Positions 1 to 14,901 of a DNA stretch of 64,000 nucleotides are shown here, in pieces. Source of the DNA: Macrostomum lignano (Eukaryota); assembly GCA_002269645.1 (NCBI GenBank), contig NIVC01001444.1:124001-188000 (forward strand), written 5' to 3'. The notes beneath the pieces are model-generated. The model was given only the letters and a program-made list of their open reading frames with translations. It was not told where the DNA came from and ran no database searches. The position numbers were made by a program, and so were the translations under genes. Each line of letters begins with the position of its first letter. Within the stretch, counting starts at the first letter, position 1.

Positions 1-3000
1 CTCTGACACCCACCGATCACACACATCACTCAGCTGTGACCTGTCCATGCAACTCCGATGCCTCTGACACCCACCGATCACACACATCACTCAGCTGTCC
101 ATGCAGCTCCGATGCCTCTGACACCCACCGATCACACACATCACTCAGCTGTCCATGCAACTCCGATGCCTCTGACACCCACCGATCACACACATCACTC
201 AGCTGTCCATGCAGCTCCGATGCCTCTGACACCCACCGATCACACACATCACTCAGCTGTGACCTGTCCATGCAACTCCGATGCCTCTGACACCCACCGA
301 TCACACACATCACTCAGCTGTGACCTGTCCATGCAACTCCGATGCCTCTGACACCCACCGATCACACACATCACTCAGCTGTCCATGCAGCTCCGATGCC
401 TCTGACACCCACCGATCACACACATCACTCAGCTGTCCTGTCATGCAACTCCGATGCCTCTGACACCCACCGATCACACACATCACTCAGCTGTCCATGC
501 AACTCCGATGCCTCTGACACCCACCGATCACACACATCACTCAGCTGTGACCTGTCCATGCAACTCCGATGCCTCTGACACCCACCGATCACACACATCA
601 CTCAGCTGTCCTGTCCATGCAACTCCGATGCCTCTGACACCCACCGATCACACACATCACTCAGCTGTCCATGCAGCTCCGATGCCTCTGACACCCACCG
701 ATCACACACATCACTCAGCTGTCCATGCAGCTCCGATGCCTCTGACACCCACCGATCACACACATCACTCAGCTGTCCATGCAGCTCCGATGCCTCTGAC
801 ACCCACCGATCACACACATCACTCAGCTGTCCATGCAGCTCCGATGCCTCTGACACCCACCGATCACACACATCACTCAGCTGTCCATGCAGCTCCGATG
901 CCTCTGACACCCACCGATCACACACATCACTCAGCTGTGACCTGTCCATGCAACTCCGATGCCTCTGACACCCACCGATCACACACATCACTCAGCTGTC
1001 CATGCAGCTCCGATGCCTCTGACACCCACCGATCACACACATCACTCAGCTGTCCTGTCCATGCAACTCCGATGCCTCTGACACCCACCGATCACACACA
1101 TCACTCAGCTGTCCATGCAACTCCGATGCCTCTGACACCCACCGATCACACACATCACTCAGCTGTCCATGCAACTCCGATGCCTCTGACACCCACCGAT
1201 CACACACATCACTCAGCTGTCCATGCAGCTCCGATGCCTCTGACACCCACCGATCACACACATCACTCAGCTGTGACCTGTCCATGCAACTCCGATGCCT
1301 CTGACACCCACCGATCACACACATCACTCAGCTGTGACCTGTCCATGCAACTCCGATGCCTCTGACACCCACCGATCACACACATCACTCAGCTGTCCAT
1401 GCAACTCCGATGCCTCTGACACCCACCGATCACACACATCACTCAGCTGTCCTGTCCATGCAACTCCGATGCCTCTGACACCCACCGATCACACACATCA
1501 CTCAGCTGTCCATGCAACTCCGATGCCTCTGACACCCACCGATCACACACATCACTCAGCTGTCCATGCAACTCCGATGCCTCTGACACCCACCGATCAC
1601 ACACATCACTCAGCTGTGACCTGTCCATGCAACTCCGATGCCTCTGACACCCACCGATCACACACATCACTCAGCTGTCCATGCAACTCCGATGCCTCTG
1701 ACACCCACCGATCACACACATCACTCAGCTGTCCATGCAACTCCGATGCCTCTGACACCCACCGATCACACACATCACTCAGCTGTCCATGCAGCTCCGA
1801 TGCCTCTGACACCCACCGATCACACACATCACTCAGCTGTCCTGCATGCTCCGATGCCTCTGACACCCACCGATCACACACATCACTCAGCTGTCCATGC
1901 ATGCTCCGATGCCTCTGACACCCACCGATCACACACATCACTCAGCTGTCCATGCAACTCCGATGCCTCTGACACCCACCGATCACACACATCACTCAGC
2001 TGTGACCTGTCCATGCAACTCCGATGCCTCTGACACCCACCGATCACACACATCACTCAGCTGTCCATGCATGCTCCGATGCCTCTGACACCCACCGATC
2101 ACACACATCACTCAGCTGTCCATGCAGCTCCGATGCCTCTGACACCCACCGATCACACACATCACTCAGCTGTCCATGCAACTCCGATGCCTCTGACACC
2201 CACCGATCACACACATCACTCAGCTGTCCTGCATGCAACTCCGATGCCTCTGACACCCACCGATCACACACATCACTCAGCTGTCCTGTCCATGCAACTC
2301 CGATGCCTCTGACACCCACCGATCACACACATCACTCAGCTGTCCATGCACTCCGATGCCTCTGACACCCACCGATCACACACATCACTCAGCTGTGACC
2401 TGTCCATGCAACTCCGATGCCTCTGACACCCACCGATCACACACATCACTCAGCTGTCCATGCAACTCCGATGCCTCTGACACCCACCGATCACACACAT
2501 CACTCAGCTGTCCATGCAGCTCCGATGCCTCTGACACCCACCGATCACACACATCACTCAGCTGTGACCTGTCCATGCAACTCCGATGCCTCTGACACCC
2601 ACCGATCACACACATCACTCAGCTGTCCATGCAACTCCGATGCCTCTGACACCCACCGATCACACACATCACTCAGCTGTCCTGTCCATGCAACTCCGAT
2701 GCCTCTGACACCCACCGATCACACACATCACTCAGCTGTCCATGCAGCTCCGATGCCTCTGACACCCACCGATCACACACATCACTCAGCTGTCCATGCA
2801 ACTCCGATGCCTCTGACACCCACCGATCACACACATCACTCAGCTGTCCATGCAGCTCCGATGCCTCTGACACCCACCGATCACACACATCACTCAGCTG
2901 TGACCTGTCCATGCAACTCCGATGCCTCTGACACCCACCGATCACACACATCACTCAGCTGTCCTGTCCATGCAACTCCGATGCCTCTGACACCCACCGA

Positions 3001-6000
3001 TCACACACATCACTCAGCTGTCCATGCAGCTCCGATGCCTCTGACACCCACCGATCACACACATCACTCAGCTGTCCTGTCCATGCAACTCCGATGCCTC
3101 TGACACCCACCGATCACACACATCACTCAGCTGTCCTGTCCATGCAACTCCGATGCCTCTGACACCCACCGATCACACACATCACTCAGCTGTCCATGCA
3201 ACTCCGATGCCTCTGACACCCACCGATCACACACATCACTCAGCTGTCCATGCAACTCCGATGCCTCTGACACCCACCGATCACACACATCACTCAGCTG
3301 TCCTGTCCATGCAACTCCGATGCCTCTGACACCCACCGATCACACACATCACTCAGCTGTCCATGCAACTCCGATGCCTCTGACACCCACCGATCACACA
3401 CATCACTCAGCTGTCCATGCAACTCCGATGCCTCTGACACCCACCGATCACACACATCACTCAGCTGTCCATGCAACTCCGATGCCTCTGACACCCACCG
3501 ATCACACACATCACTCAGCTGTCCATGCAACTCCGATGCCTCTGACACCCACCGATCACACACATCACTCAGCTGTCCATGCAGCTCCGATGCCTCTGAC
3601 ACCCACCGATCACACACATCACTCAGCTGTCCATGCAACTCCGATGCCTCTGACACCCACCGATCACACACATCACTCAGCTGTCCTGTCCATGCAACTC
3701 CGATGCCTCTGACACCCACCGATCACACACATCACTCAGCTGTCCATGCAGCTCCGATGCCTCTGACACCCACCGATCACACACATCACTCAGCTGTCCA
3801 TGCAGCTCCGATGCCTCTGACACCCACCGATCACACACATCACTCAGCTGTCCTGTCCATGCACTCCGATGCCTCTGACACCCACCGATCACACACATCA
3901 CTCAGCTGTCCATGCATGCTCCGATGCCTCTGACACCCACCGATCACACACATCACTCAGCTGTCCATGCAACTCCGATGCCTCTGACACCCACCGATCA
4001 CACACATCACTCAGCTGTCCATGCAGCTCCGATGCCTCTGACACCCACCGATCACACACATCACTCAGCTGTGACCTGTCCATGCAACTCCGATGCCTCT
4101 GACACCCACCGATCACACACATCACTCAGCTGTCCATGCAGCTCCGATGCCTCTGACACCCACCGATCACACACATCACTCAGCTGTCCATGCACTCCGA
4201 TGCCTCTGACACCCACCGATCACACACATCACTCAGCTGTCCATGCAACTCCGATGCCTCTGACACCCACCGATCACACACATCACTCAGCTGTCCATGC
4301 AACTCCGATGCCTCTGACACCCACCGATCACACACATCACTCAGCTGTCCATGCAACTCCGATGCCTCTGACACCCACCGATCACACACATCACTCAGCT
4401 GTCCATGCAACTCCGATGCCTCTGACACCCACCGATCACACACATCACTCAGCTGTCCATGCAGCTCCGATGCCTCTGACACCCACCGATCACACACATC
4501 ACTCAGCTGTCCATGCATGCTCCGATGCCTCTGACACCCACCGATCACACACATCACTCAGCTGTGACCTGTCCATGCAACTCCGATGCCTCTGACACCC
4601 ACCGATCACACACATCACTCAGCTGTCCTGTCCATGCAACTCCGATGCCTCTGACACCCACCGATCACACACATCACTCAGCTGTGACCATGCAACTCCG
4701 ATGCCTCTGACACCCACCGATCACACACATCACTCAGCTGTGACCTGTCCATGCAACTCCGATGCCTCTGACACCCACCGATCACACACATCACTCAGCT
4801 GTCCATGCAGCTCCGATGCCTCTGACACCCACCGATCACACACATCACTCAGCTGTGACCTGCATGCTCCGATGCCTCTGACACCCACCGATCACACACA
4901 TCACTCAGCTGTCCTGTCCATGCTCCGATGCCTCTGACACCCACCGATCACACACATCACTCAGCTGTCCATGCAACTCCGATGCCTCTGACACCCACCG
5001 ATCACACACATCACTCAGCTGTCCATGCAACTCCGATGCCTCTGACACCCACCGATCACACACATCACTCAGCTGTCCATGCAACTCCGATGCCTCTGAC
5101 ACCCACCGATCACACACATCACTCAGCTGTCCATGCAGCTCCGATGCCTCTGACACCCACCGATCACACACATCACTCAGCTGTCCATGCAGCTCCGATG
5201 CCTCTGACACCCACCGATCACACACATCACTCAGCTGTGACCTGTCCATGCAACTCCGATGCCTCTGACACCCACCGATCACACACATCACTCAGCTGCT
5301 GTCCATGCAACTCCGATGCCTCTGACACCCACCGATCACACACATCACTCAGCTGTCCATGCAACTCCGATGCCTCTGACACCCACCGATCACACACATC
5401 ACTCAGCTGTCCATGCAGCTCCGATGCCTCTGACACCCACCGATCACACACATCACTCAGCTGTCCATGCAGCTCCGATGCCTCTGACACCCACCGATCA
5501 CACACATCACTCAGCTGTCCATGCAACTCCGATGCCTCTGACACCCACCGATCACACACATCACTCAGCTGTCCATGCAACTCCGATGCCTCTGACACCC
5601 ACCGATCACACACATCACTCAGCTGTGACCATGTCCATGCTCCGATGCCTCTGACACCCACCGATCACACACATCACTCAGCTGTCCTGTCCATGCAACT
5701 CCGATGCCTCTGACACCCACCGATCACACACATCACTCAGCTGTCCATGCAGCTCCGATGCCTCTGACACCCACCGATCACACACATCACTCAGCTGTGA
5801 CCTGTCCATGCAACTCCGATGCCTCTGACACCCACCGATCACACACATCACTCAGCTGTGACCTGTCCATGCAACTCCGATGCCTCTGACACCCACCGAT
5901 CACACACATCACTCAGCTGTCCATGTCCATGCAACTCCGATGCCTCTGACACCCACCGATCACACACATCACTCAGCTGTCCTGTCCATGCAACTCCGAT

Positions 6001-9000
6001 GCCTCTGACACCCACCGATCACACACATCACTCAGCTGTGACCTGTCCATGCAACTCCGATGCCTCTGACACCCACCGATCACACACATCACTCAGCTGT
6101 CCATGCCTCCGATGCCTCTGACACCCACCGATCACACACATCACTCAGCTGTGACCTGTCCATGCAACTCCGATGCCTCTGACACCCACCGATCACACAC
6201 ATCACTCAGCTGTCCTGTCCATGCAACTCCGATGCCTCTGACACCCACCGATCACACACATCACTCAGCTGTCCATGCAGCTCCGATGCCTCTGACACCC
6301 ACCGATCACACACATCACTCAGCTGTCCTGTCCATGCAACTCCGATGCCTCTGACACCCACCGATCACACACATCACTCAGCTGTCCATGCAACTCCGAT
6401 GCCTCTGACACCCACCGATCACACACATCACTCAGCTGTCCATGCAGCTCCGATGCCTCTGACACCCACCGATCACACACATCACTCAGCTGTCCTGTCA
6501 TGCAACTCCGATGCCTCTGACACCCACCGATCACACACATCACTCAGCTGTGACCTGTCCATGCAACTCCGATGCCTCTGACACCCACCGATCACACACA
6601 TCACTCAGCTGTGACCTGTCCATGCAACTCCGATGCCTCTGACACCCACCGATCACACACATCACTCAGCTGTCCTGTCCATGCAACTCCGATGCCTCTG
6701 ACACCCACCGATCACACACATCACTCAGCTGTGACCTGTCCATGCAACTCCGATGCCTCTGACACCCACCGATCACACACATCACTCAGCTGTGACCTGT
6801 CCATGCAACTCCGATGCCTCTGACACCCACCGATCACACACATCACTCAGCTGTGACCTGTCCATGCAACTCCGATGCCTCTGACACCCACCGATCACAC
6901 ACATCACTCAGCTGTCCTGTCCATGCAACTCCGATGCCTCTGACACCCACCGATCACACACATCACTCAGCTGTCCATGCAGCTCCGATGCCTCTGACAC
7001 CCACCGATCACACACATCACTCAGCTGTCCATGCAGCTCCGATGCCTCTGACACCCACCGATCACACACATCACTCAGCTGTCCATGCAACTCCGATGCC
7101 TCTGACACCCACCGATCACACACATCACTCAGCTGTGACCTGTCCATGCAACTCCGATGCCTCTGACACCCACCGATCACACACATCACTCAGCTGTGAC
7201 CTGTCCATGCAACTCCGATGCCTCTGACACCCACCGATCACACACATCACTCAGCTGTCCATGCATGCTCCGATGCCTCTGACACCCACCGATCACACAC
7301 ATCACTCAGCTGTGACCTGTCCATGCAACTCCGATGCCTCTGACACCCACCGATCACACACATCACTCAGCTGTGACCTGTCCATGCAACTCCGATGCCT
7401 CTGACACCCACCGATCACACACATCACTCAGCTGTCCTGCATGCAACTCCGATGCCTCTGACACCCACCGATCACACACATCACTCAGCTGTGACCTGTC
7501 CATGCAACTCCGATGCCTCTGACACCCACCGATCACACACATCACTCAGCTGTGACCTGTCCATGCAACTCCGATGCCTCTGACACCCACCGATCACACA
7601 CATCACTCAGCTGTCCATGCATGCAACTCCGATGCCTCTGACACCCACCGATCACACACATCACTCAGCTGTGACCTGTCCATGCAACTCCGATGCCTCT
7701 GACACCCACCGATCACACACATCACTCAGCTGTCCATGCAACTCCGATGCCTCTGACACCCACCGATCACACACATCACTCAGCTGTCCATGCAACTCCG
7801 ATGCCTCTGACACCCACCGATCACACACATCACTCAGCTGTGACCTGTCCATGCAACTCCGATGCCTCTGACACCCACCGATCACACACATCACTCAGCT
7901 GTGACCTGTCCATGCAACTCCGATGCCTCTGACACCCACCGATCACACACATCACTCAGCTGTGACCTGTCCATGCAACTCCGATGCCTCTGACACCCAC
8001 CGATCACACACATCACTCAGCTGTCCATGCAACTCCGATGCCTCTGACACCCACCGATCACACACATCACTCAGCTGTCCATGCATGCAACTCCGATGCC
8101 TCTGACACCCACCGATCACACACATCACTCAGCTGTCCATGCAACTCCGATGCCTCTGACACCCACCGATCACACACATCACTCAGCTGTGACCTGTCCA
8201 TGCAACTCCGATGCCTCTGACACCCACCGATCACACACATCACTCAGCTGTGACCTGTCCATGCAACTCCGATGCCTCTGACACCCACCGATCACACACA
8301 TCACTCAGCTGTGACCTGTCCATGCAACTCCGATGCCTCTGACACCCACCGATCACACACATCACTCAGCTGTGACCTGTCCATGCAACTCCGATGCCTC
8401 TGACACCCACCGATCACACACATCACTCAGCTGTCCTGCATGCAACTCCGATGCCTCTGACACCCACCGATCACACACATCACTCAGCTGTGACCTGTCC
8501 ATGCAACTCCGATGCCTCTGACACCCACCGATCACACACATCACTCAGCTGTCCATGCAGCTCCGATGCCTCTGACACCCACCGATCACACACATCACTC
8601 AGCTGTCCATGCAACTCCGATGCCTCTGACACCCACCGATCACACACATCACTCAGCTGTGACCTGTCCATGCAACTCCGATGCCTCTGACACCCACCGA
8701 TCACACACATCACTCAGCTGTCCATGCAGCTCCGATGCCTCTGACACCCACCGATCACACACATCACTCAGCTGTCCATGCAACTCCGATGCCTCTGACA
8801 CCCACCGATCACACACATCACTCAGCTGTCCATGCAGCTCCGATGCCTCTGACACCCACCGATCACACACATCACTCAGCTGTGACCTGTCCATGCAACT
8901 CCGATGCCTCTGACACCCACCGATCACACACATCACTCAGCTGTCCATGCAGCTCCGATGCCTCTGACACCCACCGATCACACACATCACTCAGCTGTCC

Positions 9001-12000
9001 ATGCAACTCCGATGCCTCTGACACCCACCGATCACACACATCACTCAGCTGTGACCTGTCCATGCAACTCCGATGCCTCTGACACCCACCGATCACACAC
9101 ATCACTCAGCTGTCCATGCAGCTCCGATGCCTCTGACACCCACCGATCACACACATCACTCAGCTGTCCATGCATGCTCCGATGCCTCTGACACCCACCG
9201 ATCACACACATCACTCAGCTGTGACCTGTCCATGCAACTCCGATGCCTCTGACACCCACCGATCACACACATCACTCAGCTGTGACCTGTCCATGCAACT
9301 CCGATGCCTCTGACACCCACCGATCACACACATCACTCAGCTGTCCATGCAGCTCCGATGCCTCTGACACCCACCGATCACACACATCACTCAGCTGTGA
9401 CCTGTCCATGCAACTCCGATGCCTCTGACACCCACCGATCACACACATCACTCAGCTGTGACCTGTCCATGCAACTCCGATGCCTCTGACACCCACCGAT
9501 CACACACATCACTCAGCTGTGACCTGTCCATGCAACTCCGATGCCTCTGACACCCACCGATCACACACATCACTCAGCTGTGACCTGTCCATGCAACTCC
9601 GATGCCTCTGACACCCACCGATCACACACATCACTCAGCTGTCCATGCAGCTCCGATGCCTCTGACACCCACCGATCACACACATCACTCAGCTGTCCAT
9701 GCAGCTCCGATGCCTCTGACACCCACCGATCACACACATCACTCAGCTGTGACCTGTCCATGCAACTCCGATGCCTCTGACACCCACCGATCACACACAT
9801 CACTCAGCTGTCCATGCAGCTCCGATGCCTCTGACACCCACCGATCACACACATCACTCAGCTGTCCATGCAACTCCGATGCCTCTGACACCCACCGATC
9901 ACACACATCACTCAGCTGTCCATGCAGCTCCGATGCCTCTGACACCCACCGATCACACACATCACTCAGCTGTGACCTGTCCATGCAACTCCGATGCCTC
10001 TGACACCCACCGATCACACACATCACTCAGCTGTGACCTGTCCATGCAACTCCGATGCCTCTGACACCCACCGATCACACACATCACTCAGCTGTCCATG
10101 CAGCTCCGATGCCTCTGACACCCACCGATCACACACATCACTCAGCTGTGACCTGTCCATGCAACTCCGATGCCTCTGACACCCACCGATCACACACATC
10201 ACTCAGCTGTGACCTGTCCATGCAACTCCGATGCCTCTGACACCCACCGATCACACACATCACTCAGCTGTGACCTGTCCATGCAACTCCGATGCCTCTG
10301 ACACCCACCGATCACACACATCACTCAGCTGTGACCTGTCCATGCAACTCCGATGCCTCTGACACCCACCGATCACACACATCACTCAGCTGTCCATGCA
10401 GCTCCGATGCCTCTGACACCCACCGATCACACACATCACTCAGCTGTCCATGCAGCTCCGATGCCTCTGACACCCACCGATCACACACATCACTCAGCTG
10501 TGACCTGTCCATGCAACTCCGATGCCTCTGACACCCACCGATCACACACATCACTCAGCTGTCCATGCAGCTCCGATGCCTCTGACACCCACCGATCACA
10601 CACATCACTCAGCTGTCCATGCAACTCCGATGCCTCTGACACCCACCGATCACACACATCACTCAGCTGTGACCTGTCCATGCAACTCCGATGCCTCTGA
10701 CACCCACCGATCACACACATCACTCAGCTGTCCATGCAGCTCCGATGCCTCTGACACCCACCGATCACACACATCACTCAGCTGTCCATGCAGCTCCGAT
10801 GCCTCTGACACCCACCGATCACACACATCACTCAGCTGTCCATGCAGCTCCGATGCCTCTGACACCCACCGATCACACACATCACTCAGCTGTGACCTGT
10901 CCATGCAACTCCGATGCCTCTGACACCCACCGATCACACACATCACTCAGCTGTCCATGCAGCTCCGATGCCTCTGACACCCACCGATCACACACATCAC
11001 TCAGCTGTCCATGCAACTCCGATGCCTCTGACACCCACCGATCACACACATCACTCAGCTGTGACCTGTCCATGCAACTCCGATGCCTCTGACACCCACC
11101 GATCACACACATCACTCAGCTGTCCATGCAGCTCCGATGCCTCTGACACCCACCGATCACACACATCACTCAGCTGTCCTGCATGCTCCGATGCCTCTGA
11201 CACCCACCGATCACACACATCACTCAGCTGTGACCTGTCCATGCAACTCCGATGCCTCTGACACCCACCGATCACACACATCACTCAGCTGTGACCTGTC
11301 CATGCAACTCCGATGCCTCTGACACCCACCGATCACACACATCACTCAGCTGTCCATGCATGCTCCGATGCCTCTGACACCCACCGATCACACACATCAC
11401 TCAGCTGTGACCTGTCCATGCAACTCCGATGCCTCTGACACCCACCGATCACACACATCACTCAGCTGTGACCTGTCCATGCAACTCCGATGCCTCTGAC
11501 ACCCACCGATCACACACATCACTCAGCTGTGACCTGTCCATGCAACTCCGATGCCTCTGACACCCACCGATCACACACATCACTCAGCTGTGACCTGTCC
11601 ATGCAACTCCGATGCCTCTGACACCCACCGATCACACACATCACTCAGCTGTCCATGCAGCTCCGATGCCTCTGACACCCACCGATCACACACATCACTC
11701 AGCTGTCCATGCAGCTCCGATGCCTCTGACACCCACCGATCACACACATCACTCAGCTGTGACCTGTCCATGCAACTCCGATGCCTCTGACACCCACCGA
11801 TCACACACATCACTCAGCTGTCCATGCAGCTCCGATGCCTCTGACACCCACCGATCACACACATCACTCAGCTGTCCATGCAACTCCGATGCCTCTGACA
11901 CCCACCGATCACACACATCACTCAGCTGTCCATGCAGCTCCGATGCCTCTGACACCCACCGATCACACACATCACTCAGCTGTGACCTGTCCATGCAACT

Positions 12001-14315
12001 CCGATGCCTCTGACACCCACCGATCACACACATCACTCAGCTGTGACCTGTCCATGCAACTCCGATGCCTCTGACACCCACCGATCACACACATCACTCA
12101 GCTGTCCATGCAGCTCCGATGCCTCTGACACCCACCGATCACACACATCACTCAGCTGTGACCTGTCCATGCAACTCCGATGCCTCTGACACCCACCGAT
12201 CACACACATCACTCAGCTGTGACCTGTCCATGCAACTCCGATGCCTCTGACACCCACCGATCACACACATCACTCAGCTGTGACCTGTCCATGCAACTCC
12301 GATGCCTCTGACACCCACCGATCACACACATCACTCAGCTGTGACCTGTCCATGCAACTCCGATGCCTCTGACACCCACCGATCACACACATCACTCAGC
12401 TGTCCATGCAGCTCCGATGCCTCTGACACCCACCGATCACACACATCACTCAGCTGTCCATGCAGCTCCGATGCCTCTGACACCCACCGATCACACACAT
12501 CACTCAGCTGTGACCTGTCCATGCAACTCCGATGCCTCTGACACCCACCGATCACACACATCACTCAGCTGTCCATGCAGCTCCGATGCCTCTGACACCC
12601 ACCGATCACACACATCACTCAGCTGTGACCTGTCCATGCAACTCCGATGCCTCTGACACCCACCGATCACACACATCACTCAGCTGTCCATGCAGCTCCG
12701 ATGCCTCTGACACCCACCGATCACACACATCACTCAGCTGTCCATGCAGCTCCGATGCCTCTGACACCCACCGATCACACACATCACTCAGCTGTGACCT
12801 GTCCATGCAACTCCGATGCCTCTGACACCCACCGATCACACACATCACTCAGCTGTGACCTGTCCATGCAACTCCGATGCCTCTGACACCCACCGATCAC
12901 ACACATCACTCAGCTGTCCATGCAGCTCCGATGCCTCTGACACCCACCGATCACACACATCACTCAGCTGTCCATGCAGCTCCGATGCCTCTGACACCCA
13001 CCGATCACACACATCACTCAGCTGTGACCTGTCCATGCAACTCCGATGCCTCTGACACCCACCGATCACACACATCACTCAGCTGTGACCTGTCCATGCA
13101 ACTCCGATGCCTCTGACACCCACCGATCACACACATCACTCAGCTGTCCATGCAGCTCCGATGCCTCTGACACCCACCGATCACACACATCACTCAGCTG
13201 TGACCTGTCCATGCAACTCCGATGCCTCTGACACCCACCGATCACACACATCACTCAGCTGTCCATGCAGCTCCGATGCCTCTGACACCCACCGATCACA
13301 CACATCACTCAGCTGTCCATGCAGCTCCGATGCCTCTGACACCCACCGATCACACACATCACTCAGCTGTGACCTGTCCATGCAACTCCGATGCCTCTGA
13401 CACCCACCGATCACACACATCACTCAGCTGTCCATGCAGCTCCGATGCCTCTGACACCCACCGATCACACACATCACTCAGCTGTCCATGCAACTCCGAT
13501 GCCTCTGACACCCACCGATCACACACATCACTCAGCTGTGACCTGTCCATGCAACTCCGATGCCTCTGACACCCACCGATCACACACATCACTCAGCTGT
13601 CCATGCAGCTCCGATGCCTCTGACACCCACCGATCACACACATCACTCAGCTGTCCATGCAACTCCGATGCCTCTGACACCCACCGATCACACACATCAC
13701 TCAGCTGTGACCTGTCCATGCAACTCCGATGCCTCTAACACCCACCGATCACACACATCACTCAGCTGTGACCTGTCCATGCAACTCCGATGCCTCTGAC
13801 ACCCACCGATCACACACATCACTCAGCTGTCCATGCAGCTCCGATGCCTCTGACACCCACCGATCACACACATCACTCAGCTGTCCATGCAACTCCGATG
13901 CCTCTGACACCCACCGATCACACACATCACTCAGCTGTCCATGCAGCTCCGATGCCTCTGACACCCACCGATCACACACATCACTCAGCTGTCCATGCAG
14001 CTCCGATGCCTCTGACACCCACCGATCACACACATCACTCAGCTGTCCATGCAACTCCGATGCCTCTGACACCCATCGATCACACACATCACTCAGCTGT
14101 GACCTGTCCATGCAACTCCGATGCCTCTGACACCCACCGATCACACACATCACTCAGCTGTCCATGCAACTCCGATGCCTCTGACACCCACCGATCACAC
14201 ACATCACTCAGCTGTCCATGAACTCCGATGCCTCTGACACCCATCGATCACACACATCACTCAGCTGTCCATGCAACTCCGATGGCTCTGACACCCACCG
14301 ATCACACACATCACT
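1..14315. repeat. Large tandem satellite (about 250 units, runs off the left edge); 54-bp monomer CTCCGATGCCTCTGACACCCACCGATCACACACATCACTCAGCTGTCCATGCA(A/G) with 61-bp (+GTGACCT) and 59-bp (+CTGTC) variants
   Basis: Direct reading: near-identical units from base 1 to 14315, with a few diverged units at the right edge (e.g. 13737, 14075, 14220, 14285). All ORFs in 1-14300 are translations of this unit. Confidence 0.99.
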
Positions 14316-14350
14316 ACGCCCACAAGACTTGCTGTTTTGTACAACTTCAG

Positions 14351-14901
14351 CGCCTCATTACAAAAGCAACAAATCCATCACCGCCCCCGCAGTCGTGAAC
14401 ATCAGCAAGCGACAGTCGAACAACGCTTTGAAGTCGATGGCGGCCATGTCGGCCGGAATTTTCGGCGGCATCGCGGGCGCCCAGCACCGAAGGTCGCTCA
14501 GCATGCTGACCAGCAATTTGGGCAGCGGCACCCCGCCGACCACCTCCCGCCAGTCGTCAGGCCTCGACACCATCGCCGAGGACGCGGACTCGGCCCGGCC
14601 GTCCGCCGGCCAGCTCGACGAAGGCGTCGCTTTAGCTGACGACGACGGGTTAACGACGAATTCGAATGAAGATTCGGAGCCTCCGTCGTTTCTGCTGAAC
14701 GGGCAGCCCAGTCAGCAGCAGCAGAACGATGAAGCCGTCACCCCCGACCCTCCGGAGCAGCCGCCGAAGCCTCCGAGGCCACAGCGACCCCGCCGGTTGC
14801 AGCCGACATCCCCGGTAGCGAGCAGAGGGAATCGGCTGGACGCGGATGATGACGCAGCAGCTCAGGAGGAGAACCCGTGGGAGCTCAGGGTGAGAACTTG
14901 A
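14351..14901 (+). CDS. Probable terminal coding exon of an unidentified gene; low-complexity S/P/D/Q-rich C-terminus ending ...QEENPWELRVRT*
   Basis: Acceptor ttgctgttttgtacaacttcAG at 14349-14350. GC-rich open frame (APHYKSNK...) to TGA at 14899-14901. AATAAA at 15006-15011. No family recognised. Confidence 0.7.

Noticed and set aside
1-14315. CRISPR-like array or His/Cys-rich repeat proteins (MPLTPTDHTHHSAV.. ORFs)
   Set aside because: There are no unique spacers and no cas genes, the context is eukaryotic, and the ORFs shift frame with each indel variant and appear in all frames.
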